From: Eledone cirrhosa
Lineage: Eukaryota
Assembly (NCBI GenBank): GCA_964016885.1
Contig: OZ024742.1
Coordinates: 208,816,001 to 208,880,000 of the forward strand
Direction: 5' to 3'
DNA length: 64,000 bases
A model generated the notes under the pieces. It was not told the DNA's origin and searched no databases. It saw only the letters and a list, made by a program, of their open reading frames with translations. This document shows positions 14,837-28,978 of this stretch, piece after piece; position 1 is the stretch's first letter; each line of letters starts with the position of its first letter. Position numbers and translations under genes: made by a program.

Positions 14837-15680
14837 TCAGCATTCTTGTGTAGCACCCATCCACAATCGGGTGAGTTTCTTGGTCAGTGTCCAAGTCTCA
14901 GACCCGTACAGCAGCACAGACTCCACTACAGCAAGGTAGAAGTGGATTTTCACGTCTTTACGAAGGTCTGACTTCGACACCGATCTCCAGCTGTGGCACG
15001 CCGCCCAGGCCTTGCTCTTCCTCTCAACCACATCATCTTCCATATTCCCAATCTTTGCTCCCAAATACAGGAAGTCCTCAACCAATTCTAGCGGCTTCCC
15101 GCCTACATTAGTGATCCCCTTTGGCTTCTCAACATTCTCTACCAGATATTTTGTGTTAGTCTCATTCATTCTCAGTCCCACACTCATCGACACAGTTTCA
15201 ACCTCCTGCATCAAATCCTCTGCCTCCTTCACAGTATTTGTCACCAAAACTATGTCGTCAGTAAATTCAGCAAGCGATATCTTTTTCGCCTTAACTCTCC
15301 TGCTCTGAGCCGGTGCTACAGTAAAGCCAGAGTCCTGGTGTTTCTCCAGTGCAAGGCGCAAGTATACACTGAGGATGAAAAACTCAGACCTGTATGGGAG
15401 CCTCCCAAAAGTCAGCTCAAATGTGACACAGAGGAGACTGAGGTTTTCTGGACATGCACACCGGCATCCAGAGGTGACATTGCACTCCGTACTCCTGTGG
15501 GAGCCCCTACATGGAGACACTAGAAGAGGAAGACCAAGGTTAACGTATGTTGATGCCCTAAGGACAGACACTGGTTTGTTGGAGACGCAGGACATGGCAG
15601 CGATAATGAGGGACAGAGACCGCTGGAGAGAACTCGTCCATGGATCTCGGGAATTTTACCCGCCCTAGAAAAATAAAAAA
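14837..15680. mobile_element. 5'-truncated RTE-like LINE with a 5' inversion (14837-~15345 minus, ~15345-15680 plus)
   Basis: Minus segment: EFTDDIVL..GLRMN..TKY..FLYLG..VLLYGSETWTL. Plus segment: LYGSLPKVS..RRLRFSGH..RRGRPRLTYVD. The two segments are consecutive in the native ORF. Confidence 0.85.
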
Positions 15681-16613
15681 TAAATATATATATATATATA
15701 TCTGGCGTAGGAAATGCCTTTACAATATAACATTCTTATTGGAACTGTTACTCCGTTCTAGACCTAATGAAAAAGAACATTACAGGTGGCTTAATCAAGT
15801 GAAAATAACACGAATTATAAGTAACCCACTAACTAAAGTAATTGAGGCTTAAACTCACATCGAAGCTTCTAACTGTCCTAATCTTAATTTAGTAACTTCT
15901 TTTTTTAATCATGAGATTTTGTCAATGTAAACTAGTTAATGCAATACTCTCCTCCATTCTGATTTCAGTTAAAGTCAATTGGTTTCCATATTATTGGAAT
16001 GATTGATAATTGATAATAGATGGAAACGTATTGGTCGTATATGGGGCTGCAGATGATCATGACTATTGAACGGTGAATAAACATTGAGTTACGTTGATAT
16101 TAAATTATTTAATAAAGCATGCATTAAAAGCGCTAACTAGAGATAATATGGCGAAGAAAATAGTCTTAGACACTGAATATTGTTTTCCTTAGTTCGATAA
16201 GTGCGTGGAAACAATACGGTATCACCCTATGAGCAAAGTTGATAGCTACGTAGACTCTTTGAAATAAAATAAACTTATAAAGCTGATTTGCTTTTCAGTT
16301 GGACGAACACGTGGTAGAGTATGTAGAAATGAAATATTAAGAAAAAAAACTTTGAACTATTAGGAAATTAATTTATTTTTAACTATTTTGTTAATATATT
16401 TTGCATGCGCCTGGTATAGTGGTTAGAGAATTGGATTCCTTGACGAAGATATCTTATTTCACGTTGCTCTTTCATTTTGGAATTACGACCGGTTGATAGT
16501 ATTAGTAATGGAAAGAGCATTGAAAACATTGTATTACAATCCACAGCCCTAGGAGAGAAACAATATTAGATGGAAATGTGTGAGTGTGTGTGTGTGTGTG
16601 TGCGTGTGCGTGT

Positions 16614-16689
<76 letters not shown>

Positions 16690-16762
16690 ATACTTACATT
16701 TATTTATCAGCTGTGCTTGGGCGAGAAATAAAATTCTAATTATATATATATATATATATATA

Positions 16763-16880
16763 AAGGGAAAAAATGAAATTTCATTTCTCACTCTTAGTAC
16801 GGTTGATACTTAAATATAAGGGTGTATACATACATATATGTATACAGACGTACAGTAGTATGTATATACATACATACATG

Positions 16881-16885
<5 letters not shown>
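16763..16885 (-). mobile_element. Family A element, 3'-end fragment
   Basis: GAAATTTCATTTCTCACTCTTAGTACGG..ACTTAAATATAAG is shared with 36921, 41560 and 56020. Confidence 0.7.
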
Positions 16886-16921
<36 letters not shown>

Positions 16922-16924
<3 letters not shown>

Positions 16925-17562
16925 AGGTCACCAGTTGGTGCTACTGGTAACATGTATCCCAGTACAACCTGTCTCATGGTCGGGTCGTTGGCGACTAAAC
17001 TGGCAACCCCACCAAGGTTTCTTGGTGAGGAGGGTGACTTTGGACATCCTGCAGGACTAAAAACAAAACCTGTCAAAGGGCAAAGGAGCTCTTAAGAGTC
17101 AATGGCCATCCAAAATCACCGGGAGAGATGACCCCTTTAGCCTTAGTCAAGGCAGAATTCTAGGAGAAGGAAAACTCTGATATAACACCTGCAACCCCGA
17201 TGGTATCCAATGATGTTGACTTGTTCTTCTTTTTGGTAAATAGCATCTTGGTTAAGAGAGTGGGACTGGCTTTGTGCAGTGCCTTTGCTCACTATAAAAG
17301 CTTCACGGCACAGGCATTGCTTTATATCTGGAGATCTCTCTGCACTTGTCCTCACATGGGCCCAGCACTATGTGTCAATAATTGTCCTACCATGGGCCTA
17401 GCACTATGTGTCAATGATTGTCACAGGTGTAGTGTTTGTACCAGAGGTTTCAAGTCGCTGGCTGGACTAAAAAGTCACACTCGTTCAGCGCTTCGGTAGG
17501 GGTTATCCTACATGGATGTAAAGTAGTGGCCGTACTCGAAAACGAGTTGGCAGCCACCATTT
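16922..17562 (+). mobile_element. Internally deleted RTE-like element (5' UTR joined to zinc-finger 3' end)
   Basis: GGAGAAGGAAAACTCTGA motif, then CSVCTRGFKSLAGLKSH and a 3' CTCG-AAAA-CGAG hairpin. Flanked by TA runs. Confidence 0.55.
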
Positions 17563-18530
17563 ATATATATATATATATTTCGTTTCTGAATTTGTTTAGC
17601 AAGATTCTTTATCTGAAAACGTGTGTTGAAACCGATATTGTTATGCTTTGGGAGAGTCATGTTGCCAATAAGAAACACACGCACCAGCTGCTTTCACTTC
17701 AATTTATTATAAATTAAATTTATAAATTTAGGAATATATATATATTGTTATACTTGGGGAGGATCCTATTGTAATAATATTGCCAGAAGTAATAACAGAA
17801 CACACTCACTGTGTGGTTGGATTTCGCTTCTGTATAAAATAAATAAATAAATAAACAGATAAAATAAAAATGGCATAGACATATAATACAACAGGAGGAA
17901 CATTATAGTACCACTGATGATGTTGCAGATATGCATCGAAAGAACTTTGTTAGACTATATATATATGTGTTTATATCTAGATTATATGTGTATTTTTGAC
18001 CATTGTTCAGTCAATGATAAACATTGAGGACCAAATGAATTAACTGTGGAGATATAAAAGATACAGTAGCCAAATTCAACGAAACAGTGAGTGTGTTCTG
18101 TTATTATTTCTGGCAATATTATTACAACAATATGACCCTCGCCAAGTATAACAATATTTGTTTCGACACACGATTTCATATCAAAAGCCTCGCAAAACAA
18201 ATTCATATATATATATATATATCAGTGGGGCACCCACTGATGAATTATAGGAGCCCACTTGAATATATATCTATTGATGGTATACAAGCTCCTACATAAA
18301 TTGGTATAATTTCACCCAAATTGTAGGAATCCTATAATGAAACGAGACGCCCGTCTGGGAAGAGATATATTCGTTATGTCTCATATGAAATAATACAGCC
18401 AATTTTCCACGCAATACTCTTAGTTAGCACCCCGAACGCATAATTGGGAATATAATCACTTATTTCCTAATGTTTGTTGAGTGAGTTGGAATTTGGCCGG
18501 AGTATCGCTAAAAAGCTTTCTCCGATATTG

Positions 18531-18583
<53 letters not shown>

Positions 18584-18931
18584 AACAACGAACAGCGGAG
18601 GACACGTTTCGCACCTATCCGACAGATACACCCCCACCCTCCCGGAAAAACCTCCCAGTAGATTGATGTGAATCCGAAATATATAGGGTATGGACAATGA
18701 AATCTCTCCCAAGGTAACTCTATCTCGTGTTATTATTTTTATTTTTTACGCTCTTTCCTACGTTCTTCTAAACACTATACATCTCGTCCTACATTCACTT
18801 ACATCTCTCTCTTCACCACCGGATCTTGTTACCCGGAGAATTACCCAACTCTATTGTTGAGGCTTCCAAAACGACCTAAAGAAAATATATCTTATTATTC
18901 CACAATGCTTCAAAGCAAACTTCAATACTCT

Positions 18932-19008
<77 letters not shown>

Positions 19009-21815
19009 AAATATAAACGGAACATTTTGTTTCTTTCCTTTTTGTTTTTGTTTTCGCCATGTTTCTTTTAACCGGTGGTCCTGTCACAACGATCTCAGTA
19101 GGAGAATATCAGACACACCATTTTGGATATTTTTCCGTCATCACTGATATTTACTGACTAAGTCCTGAAAAACGTGTCTCACATTCTCATCCGGCCACTG
19201 AAAATAGATGTAATATAATCACAGTCTACAATATTCATAGTGGGTCACTTACCTATTTATTATACATATTGTATATGCCGTCATATATTTACACCTATTA
19301 TGAACCACGCTATGTTACTTCTACTGCTAATTAATCGTAGTCGCCACGTTTGAGCGACATGCAATTGATCATCACCAGCCGATGGTAACTTTTCTGTTTT
19401 GAGTAGATAAATGTCGCAGATAACGGATAAAAATAGAGACAAACGTATCCTTATTCCTCATACGACCACTTAGATAGCTGTAACAGGACCACAGCCTGCA
19501 TGATTCTTATTTCATATTTTGTATTCACTTTGACCAACAAAACTAAAACGAAAAGAAATGAAAACAAGAGACATAAAAAGAATTCCAGTCCGATCCACCA
19601 CTAAAATAATTGTCGACCTCATACTTTAGTTTAACGTAAGTACCACTACTCGAGTTAGATTTGTCGAACGTTAAGCTTTTTACTGTATACTATTCAGTTA
19701 TTGCGAATGTAAGAGATCAATATAATCCTTAATATTAGTGCACACAGTTATTTCACCAACTATTTTTAATATTATAGATATCAAATTGCTGCTTAAATAT
19801 TGAGCAGACTTGAACCAGAGAAAGTGTATTTTAGAATTTGTTATACACAACATTTATTTTTGTGGTGACTCCACTACCAATTGTTTAGAAAGATAAAACA
19901 AAAGAGCATAACGGTTACAAAAGATAAAGCCAGAATTAATAACAATGAGTTTCATGATACGACTTCCTAATAAATAAAAGCATCAACGAACAACTGGTGT
20001 TTGTGAAAGCAATATTGAAAGGAAACGGCGTTGTCAAAATGAATGGTGAAGTACTGAATCTATGCGATTAATTTAGTAAATTGTTTAAAAACAGCATTTA
20101 TTTTACGAGCATTTGGAGCGATACCGTAAATACTGTACACAATAAATTCTCTGTGGTTCATCCTATCACAAAAGAAACTGTTCCTTATCTACAGACATTT
20201 GATTCATTTCAGATGTTTTCCCAACATTAAGGAAGTTGAAAATGTTAGCAATTTAGATAACGATTTCATTTTACTCGGAAAACGGCCAACATTTTAAAGA
20301 GGATAGGTATAACCTATAAAGCTAATGTCGGTTTATTATTGGTATGTATTTTCCATTTAACCTGGATAGAAGCTGAGAACAATCTTGTGCGGTATGGTAT
20401 ATGGTCAATTAAATGATTCACAGTATTGTTACGTTTCGCTTTTCTTGATTCTGAAGGAAACAAAGACAAATTAAAACTTAGTGAGATTTGAAGTGAGATG
20501 TAGACAGATGCAATTAAATATTTCTGTATATTTAGTGTCCTATTTTTGATAGCTTTGTTGCAAGAAAATAAAATGCATATTCTTGAAAAAGTTTGCTTTG
20601 GTGAACAATGGTATTAAAATATTTTAACTTTCATATTTTACTAAAAACCTATAGTTATCTCATGGAAATTACAAACCATTGCAATTATTGCTTAGCAACT
20701 TATATAAGGAAACACGAATCTTAAAAACTAAAATTCCCTTATTCCATCCATTAAGAAGCATAAAAAATGTAGGACGTGAAACGAAAATGAAAATATGTTC
20801 TCTATCTTGTACGAGTGAAATGAAATTACACAGGCCTTAGATTGATAGATAACAGTAACATGAGCCTTTTGATTACGTCCAAAGTTCAAAATTTGTCATG
20901 ATCAATTTGTATCAAGGAAGTAGTGAATTAGAAACGATTCACTATGTCACTCTTTCAATATACGATTACTTTTCCCAACTTTAGATATCAAGAATGTATC
21001 ATTACAATCATCATAATTTTCGTATAATCATCATAATTTTCGCATTACCAATGGTGAATATTGTGATTTTTCTCAACATTTATCATCATCATCATAATCA
21101 TCATCGTTATCATCATCGTTACCGTCAACATCATCATCATCAGCAGCAGCAGCATCTTCATTATCATCAATGTCATAACAGTTATCTGTATTATTAGAAT
21201 CACAGTCAACAACCTCAATATGTTACTGCAGAATCTATGAGTTCACAAAGCCATGTTAACAAGAACATGAACATTTATACATTTTGTTCTCTAAACATAT
21301 TTCGTACATTGTAAATATATATTCATTTATTTCTATTATAAATTATTTCCTCGCCGTTTTTCGGCTCCAATGACTGCTATTCTTTCTTATCTGCATATTT
21401 TCTGCATATTCTCCATAAACATATTCGCTCTCTTTACAAATTCCTTTATTGATATTCTACAAATCTTAAAGTCTTCGCATTTATATTTTCTTTTTCTATA
21501 TTACTTCCTTTCTTCGAATATTTCTTTCTTTATTTTCCTCTATTCATGTTCCTCTGTCTCTCCCTCCATTTTCAAGGAATCGGTCGTATTTCAAAAATGT
21601 GCCATTCATCTTACAAACGTCTACACAAATCTATCCCAACCCGACATTTCTCGATGTTATATTAGGTTGTATTTTGTTAACTTTCTTTCCTGTCATCGGA
21701 TTCAAAGCATCTATAATCTTTTCAAAGGAAATACAAGGCTTGCAATATTACACATATCCAAGAACCTACTTAGTACACCTCAGTTGCATACGAGTGCATT
21801 TTTTTGTGTATGTAG

Positions 21816-21917
21816 TAGGTGTGACAGTGGTCTTGTTCTTTGTCGATATACACGTAGCTATAGGTCTATGTGTGTATCTAAGTCTGTTTTATCTATCTAT
21901 CGACCTATATGTGTATA

Positions 21918-21990
<73 letters not shown>

Positions 21991-22099
21991 AGAAATATAT
22001 ACACATATAGGTAGATAGATAGATAAAACAGACTTAGATACACACATAGACCTATAGCTACGTGTATATTGACAAAGAACAAGAACACTGTCACATCTA
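21816..22099. repeat. Foldback: ~105-bp inverted arms around (TA)n
   Basis: TGTGACAGTG..CTTGTTCTTTGTC..TAAGTCTGTTTTATC is mirrored by GATAAAACAGACTTA..GACAAAGAACAAG..CACTGTCACA. Confidence 0.85.
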
Positions 22100-22495
22100 T
22101 TAGTTATACAATTTACGTGGTTTTGTCTTAGCGTGCAATTGTTCTCACTGTCCACATAATGACGTATTATCTTCGTTTTTTCCGTTCATTGCCAGAGAAC
22201 GTCTCCTTGAATCGCCTAATAGAATATTAGTCTACGACTTCATTTATACCATAAACGTGGTTCTGTCTTAGCGTGTAATTGTTTTCACGGCCCAAGTATT
22301 ATCTTCGTTTTTTTTCCGTTCTTTGCCAGGGAAAGTTTCCACGAACCAAAGTATCGTCTTCCTGTCTTCCTCCGGTTGCAACGTTTTTTGAAATATTTAC
22401 TTTTGCGTTTACAGATTGACTTTGTTAGTTTCAGAAGATCCTGTTAAGGGTGAAAGCAACGATTCTTAGCTCAAACATTAATCTGTTATTTTAAT
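22100..22495 (+). mobile_element. Solo PLE terminal repeat (family C) with a CAGAAGA-core hammerhead-like fold at 22428-22476
   Basis: Similar to 49190-49577. Fold: GTTT-CAGAAGA-TCCTGTTAAGGGT-GAAAGC..GCT-C-AAAC. Confidence 0.7.
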
Positions 22496-22512
22496 ATATA
22501 TATATATATATA

Positions 22513-22720
22513 CAACCGTCTATGCATTTCAGGCTTAACTGGCCATCGTCACGACGATCCCTCACACCGCTTGCTACTGCTGGACTAGAAGACAGTCGAG
22601 CATATATAGTTTTCTCGTATGTGTAAATGAGGTGATTAATCTCATTTGCATATGAAGCTGCATAAGGTGGCTCAACTTATAATAGTAAAGAAATAAGATT
22701 CCGCTTCAAGCCTGGCTTTA
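22513..22720 (-). mobile_element. Family E element fragment with a mutated hammerhead (22516-22557)
   Basis: Reverse complement matches 39330-39522. The core reads GTGACGA. Confidence 0.75.
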
Positions 22721-22746
22721 TACATATATATATATTATTCAAATTA

Positions 22747-22787
<41 letters not shown>

Positions 22788-23600
22788 TGCGTTGAAGCGT
22801 GCGCCTGTATAAGACGCTGTGTGAAACGTATGCGTGTGTGTATTTTTATTCCATTTTAATACCCATATGCCACTAGTAAATTATATAAATCTTTCATGTT
22901 TCCATAACGATTTTATGCTTGTAATGAATTACGAACACACATACACATACACATACACAGACATACACACACACACATACACACACATATACACACACAC
23001 ATAAACAATCACACACACATACATACACACAGACATATATGTGTGCTTTCTTATGTGTACCTGTCTGCGTGTATGTGTGTATGAATGTGTCACTTTGTGC
23101 ATATATATTTGCAAATATGAGATGTATTTTTGCATATGGTGTATATATATATATGTGTGTATGTGTGTGTGTGTGTGTGTGTGTGCCTGTGTGTGTATGT
23201 GAGTATGTATGTGTATATATGCTTGTATGCGTGTGTGTTTGTGCTAAATGGGGACTTTGAGTGAGAGAGAGCATAAAAGACAGAGAGAAGGAAATAAACA
23301 GAAAGATAGGCAGATGGACGTATAGATATATAGATATCGTGAGATATATATGTGTGGGAACAAAAAGCCTCAACAATTGAAGGAAATGCCTACAGATCTG
23401 AGAGCGGTGAGGCATGTATCACATGCATGGCTAAGCCCAGCCTGGTGCTGTCTCAGGGGCTCAATACAGAACTTTTTATCCGAGCGTTTATATGCTTGAC
23501 AACTTATTTACTCTGACAGTTTAAAAATTAAAAGCTAAAGTGACAAGAAATGTTTATTTCATATGATATTATTCAGCTACTGTGTTTGTTCATATGTATG

Positions 23601-23631
<31 letters not shown>

Positions 23632-24102
23632 GAGGTTGTATGGTGGACGCGTCTGAAAGGACTGAGGTCGGGCACCTTTCTCTCTGGCCAACAACTGGTC
23701 CGTTTCTTCCGATATCATTTCGGAAGAAGGATCAGGATGGAGAGAGAGGTGCTGCACCCCAGCCGTTTCTATGAAAGATGGGTGAAAGTGGCGAGAATGG
23801 CCCGTGTGAATGGGCCTTCACTCTACATCAAACTATAGGTGAGGAAGATGAAAGACCAAGGGAGCACCCCTTCTCTGTGCTCCTGAGGAGAAGGGTTGCA
23901 CACTTTTTTCGGGGGTGTGTGCGACCCCCCAAGGCGCCTCCTCTCTATTGAGGATTTTGTTAAAAATTTTATTTTTTGTTATATCTTATTTTATTTTTAT
24001 ATTTTGTTATTGCCTCCTCCTTATTGAGGACGCCTTTTTGTGTAAACTCCCCCCTTTGTACTTGTCCCACTTTTGATGCCCTAGTGGCAAATAAAAGAAA
24101 TA
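23632..24102 (+). mobile_element. 5'-truncated L1/Tx1-like LINE inside (TCTA)n
   Basis: EVVWWTRLKGLRSGTFLSGQQLVRFFRYHFGRRIRMEREVL is homologous to the 727-975 ORF. (TCTA)n lies on both sides. Confidence 0.75.
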
Positions 24103-24154
<52 letters not shown>

Positions 24155-24202
24155 AATCTATCTACCTATCTATCTCTCTATCTACTGCCTCCCCTCTCTC
24201 TC

Positions 24203-24234
<32 letters not shown>

Positions 24235-24816
24235 CATATAATATAAAACGAAAAATTAGTGAAGCATCTGAAATCAATATATTGTGTGTTACAATTGTTT
24301 CGCCGGCGGACAGCTCGAGACACGATCATTGTGTGGATCTGTCTGATTCTGGATCCACAGGTTCGACGGACACGTCTAATGGTTTCGGAGAAAATTCTCT
24401 CACTGGGTGTTAGCGTCAAAAACATCCTCTTCGCGCGTCCTGTTATTGGCTGCTTTTTTTCCAGGTCATCGTAATTCTGACCAACAGGTATCATTCGAGA
24501 GATCATCATCAGCTGTCACGTTTCTGCCACACTTCGATGAATTACTGCTGGGTTTGGTAATTCACACGTCCACGCGCGCACTCACACACACATATACACA
24601 CACATGCACACACACATACACACACAGAATCACATAGATAACAACACCCGTACGCATAGACTCCCGCTATACACACACACTTAAGGAGAAAATATAAACC
24701 TATAAACATAGAATAACAGTAGCCGACAATACAAAGCGGAATACCTTAGTACGCGAAAGACGTAACCCTGACGCCCACAGTAAATATATAGATAGAGGTA
24801 ACATAGGGGCGAAAAA

Positions 24817-25790
24817 ATGGGCGGGCAAAAGCCGAGACGGACACCAAACCCAAAACACATTCACGCTGCTACACACACACGAAAGAACAAGACTAAATCT
24901 AAGGCCGTTACATGGTTTAACGCGCCGTATTCTGAGCATGTATGCAGCAATATACCAGGCCTCTTTTTCCGAGCGTTAGACGAGTGCTTCCAGCCGTCGA
25001 ACAGATACCACAAGATCTTCAACCGCCACACGTTGGAGTATTCCTTCTCCACAGCACCTAACATGTCCGACTACATGGCCAAAACTAACGTGGCTAAGAT
25101 GGGGAACCCCGACCGTCAACTGCGCCGGCAGAATGACCGTCCATCGGAGCACAGAGGGCCTCTCGCAGACCGGTCTTCCAACCACAAACCTGGCCCTCGC
25201 GGCGGCCGCCACGCCCACGGAAGACGATACAATCCAACGCCGGGCAGGAATGAGTGGCGGAGGAGAGACCACCATGTCGGCGGAACAACACCCTGAGAAT
25301 CGGGAGAGGTCCCTAGCAGATCAAGGGCCAGGCTTCCGAAATGAACAACATGACGATTGAACGAGCAATTGGAGAGCGGGCACGCAGTGCCCCCTGCAGG
25401 GAAGATGCCTGACGAAGGGCCTGGTATATAAATGTGTGGTTAGCACGCACAATATAAAGGGCACCTACATCGGCGCAACATCCACGACGTTTAAATCGCG
25501 GATGTATAACCACACGAACTCTTTCAAGGACCGGAGTAAGACGAACTCTACTAGGCTGGCGGACCTGGTGCGGGACTTGAAAGACAAAGGCACCTGACTG
25601 GAGTATCATTCGGCACACGAATGCATACTCGGCTGGAAACAGAAAGTGTAGGCTATGCCTATACGAGGCCATGGAGATAGTCAGACTCAAGGATGATGCG
25701 GTCAACCTGAAATCGGAAATAATCATGACGTGCAGACACCAGAGAAGGTGCACACTCTCCGCATGGAATCCACCGAGAAGCCTAGGCTAA
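24817..25790 (+). pseudogene. PLE linker plus GIY-YIG endonuclease, unit 1 (no RT visible)
   Basis: [30 protein letters not shown], then CLTKGLVYKC, YIGATSTTFKSRMYNH, CRLCLYE and NLKSEIIMTCRH. Confidence 0.85.
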
Positions 25791-26283
25791 AGCTATGGGG
25801 CGGCGCGTACGCCGACCAGAGCGGCGAAACGGGTTCAAGGGATCAGACAACATACCCTGATGACTAGATATGGCCCATGGTGTAAACCGAAATAACCCGG
25901 GATACATACCCGACTCTGCACGTCACCCTAAACAGGAACATCGCCTGAGCCGGGACAGGTTGACCCGGATTCCACTGACTTTCAATCAAATGCCTTACAC
26001 CTATAAGACAATATACCTCAACCACAGTGACATACTCCAGTATGGTCGGTCAGCACCCCCATGCATGTGTATCTTTTTAATAGAGAGTCCATGCTCTCCA
26101 CGTACTCTATCTTGTAACGCATATTATATTTTCTGTATATCTCATACTTCTCCTGTGTACTATCTCTTACGCATACACGTTATTCCTTCTTCTTTTTTAT
26201 ATATCTCTATGTGACGTTATATGTATATGTTTAATACATTGCATATTTTGTTTATATATGTGTATATATGTATGTGTATATAT

Positions 26284-26438
<155 letters not shown>

Positions 26439-26569
26439 CAGACCCACACCCACATACAGACCGCCACATGCCAAGGGGACTAGATGTATAGCCGACAAGA
26501 TAGAACGACATGCCTTAATAACTGAATGGCATAAGCCTGATGCCCACAGCGGGCACATAGATAGAGACA

Positions 26570-27510
26570 ACACAGGAGATGGACAGAGCACGAGACGGAC
26601 ATCGGGTCCAAGACACACCAGCACGACTCCACGCACGCGAAGGCCGTTACATGGTCTAAGGCCGTTACATGGTTTAATGCGCCTTACCCCAAACATGTAC
26701 GCACCAACGTGCCAGGACTTTTTTTCCGGGCGTTGGATGAGTGCTTTCCGCCGACGAACAAGTACCACAAAATCTTCAACCGCCACACGGTGAAGTTTTC
26801 CTTCTCCACAGCACCTAACATGGCCAACTACATGGCTAAAACTAACGCAGTGAAGATGGCGAGCATTGGTTGTCAGCCGCGGCGATAGATTGACCGTCTA
26901 TCGGAGCGCGGATGACGACCCGGGGACCGGCCCTCAAATGACCACCCTGCCCCCGAGGCGGCTGAAACGTCCGTCGAAGGTGATATGATCTAACGCCGGG
27001 AGGGAACGAGTGGCATAGAGGAGACCACCGTGTCGGCGGAGCAACACCCTGAAAATCCTGAGAGGGCCATAACAGATCGAGGCGTAGACGTCAGATGCAA
27101 AAGAACTGAGAACAGAACTTGTAACTGGAGGGAAAATGCCTGACGAAGGACATGATATACAAGTGTGTGGTTAGAACCCAAAATGCGCATCGCACTTACA
27201 TCGGCGCAAGATCCACGACGTTTTAAATCGCGGATGTATAATCATACGAATTTCTTCAGGGACCATAGCAAAGGGCACTCCACTAGGTTAGCGTACCTCG
27301 TGTGGGACCTGAAAGAACAACGCCCTGGAATGGAGTATCGTTCGGCATGTGAGGGCATACTTGGCTGGAAGTTGAAAGTGACGATTATGCCTACACGAGG
27401 CCATGAAGATAGTCAGACTGAAAGATGACGCGGTCAACATGAAGTCTGAAATTATCATGACCTGCAGACACCTGAGAAGATGCACATTTGCCGCATGGCA
27501 TCCTCCGTGT
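26570..27510 (+). pseudogene. PLE linker plus GIY-YIG endonuclease, unit 2 (diverged tandem copy)
   Basis: Collinear with unit 1: WFNAPY, YIGARSTTF, NMKSEIIMTCRH. Confidence 0.8.
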
Positions 27511-28039
27511 AGCACAGGCCAAGGGCATGATACGGAGTACGCACAGTCCCGAGCGACCCAACGGGATTAAGGGACCTGACACCATACCCTGATGACATTA
27601 TGCGCGCCGTGTGCACACGCAACATTGGGCAGGTACATCGCCTATGCCGCGACCGACTGACCCGAAGTCGACGGTCGTTCAGTCAAATACCCCTAACATA
27701 TAGAACAGCATACCCCAACCACAGTTACATACCCCAAGGTGACCGGGTCAAGCGTACCCATGAATGTGTACCCCGTCAATCGTGAATATATACTCTCCAC
27801 ATGTTCCACTTTGGAACAGTTATTATTATTGTTATTATTGTTATTATTGTTATTGTTGTTTGTTCCATACACGGACCTAAGTTTGCTCCTCATACTACCT
27901 GTGTGGATATCACATGAATACACGTATCTTCTCCTTTACCTCCCCCACCCTTTTTTATTTATCTCTTTGTGAAGTTATATACAGATTTTAATGTATTTTA
28001 ACATATTGTAAATTTATATATTTTATTTTATTATCTTAT

Positions 28040-28093
28040 TGTGTTTATGTGTGTTTATGTGTAGACCTGTGCGTATGTATATGTATGTGTGTG

Positions 28094-28125
<32 letters not shown>

Positions 28126-28748
28126 CGTGTGTGTGCGTGGGGGGGCGTATGTGCGCATGTGTACATATATGCGTGAGTTTATATATGTGTGTGTGAGCCT
28201 GTATGTACATGTGTGTACATATGTGGGTGTATGTGTGTATATATATATTTATATATATATAGCTGTGTATGAGTATGTGTGTGTATGTGGATGCGTATGT
28301 ATGTGTATGTGTGTATATATGTGTATGTGTGTCTCTATATGTATGTTTATATGTATGTATATGTGTACATCTCACAGGCATGTGTACGGATGGATTATAT
28401 ATTCATTTTATTATATATTATTTTATCATATATCTGTTATATATATATGTGTATATATATATATTGCATTTTATACTATATTGTTATTTTATTGTATATT
28501 GTATTTTTATTGTATATTGTATATTTATTTTACGGTTTTATTTATATAAGCATATGTGTAAGCATGTGTGTGTAAGCACATATCCTTATGTGCATGTGTG
28601 TGCATGTGGGTGTCCGTGTGCGTATGTGTATATATATATGTATATGTATATATATATATGTATATATATATGTGTGTGGGCATGTGTATGCATGTAGAGT
28701 TATATATATTTGTGTGTATGTGTGTGTGTATATATATGTATGTATGTG

Positions 28749-28823
<75 letters not shown>

Positions 28824-28936
28824 GGACATGCGTAAGCATATGTGTGTGCATATGTGTGTCTATGTGTTTGTATATATGTGTGTACACATATAGACATGTG
28901 TGTATATAGGCTTGTATGTGTATTTATTTATATATA

Positions 28937-28978
<42 letters not shown>

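Noticed and set aside
17904-17959. CTGATGA..TGCA.GATA.TGCA..GAAA hammerhead-like motif
   Set aside because: Stems I and III pair poorly and there is only one copy; at best a decayed ribozyme.
17580-18205. Small repeat present in direct and inverted copies, with GAAACAAATATTGTT
   Set aside because: No CUGANGA half found, so it is not called a ribozyme; family unassigned.
25405-25430. CTGACGAAGGGCC motif
   Set aside because: It is coding sequence (CLTKGL) in the PLE linker, with no GAAA or stem partner.
25851-25905. CTGATGA..GAAA downstream of the GIY-YIG ORF (also at 27587)
   Set aside because: The position is right for a PLE ribozyme, but the stems cannot be drawn cleanly.
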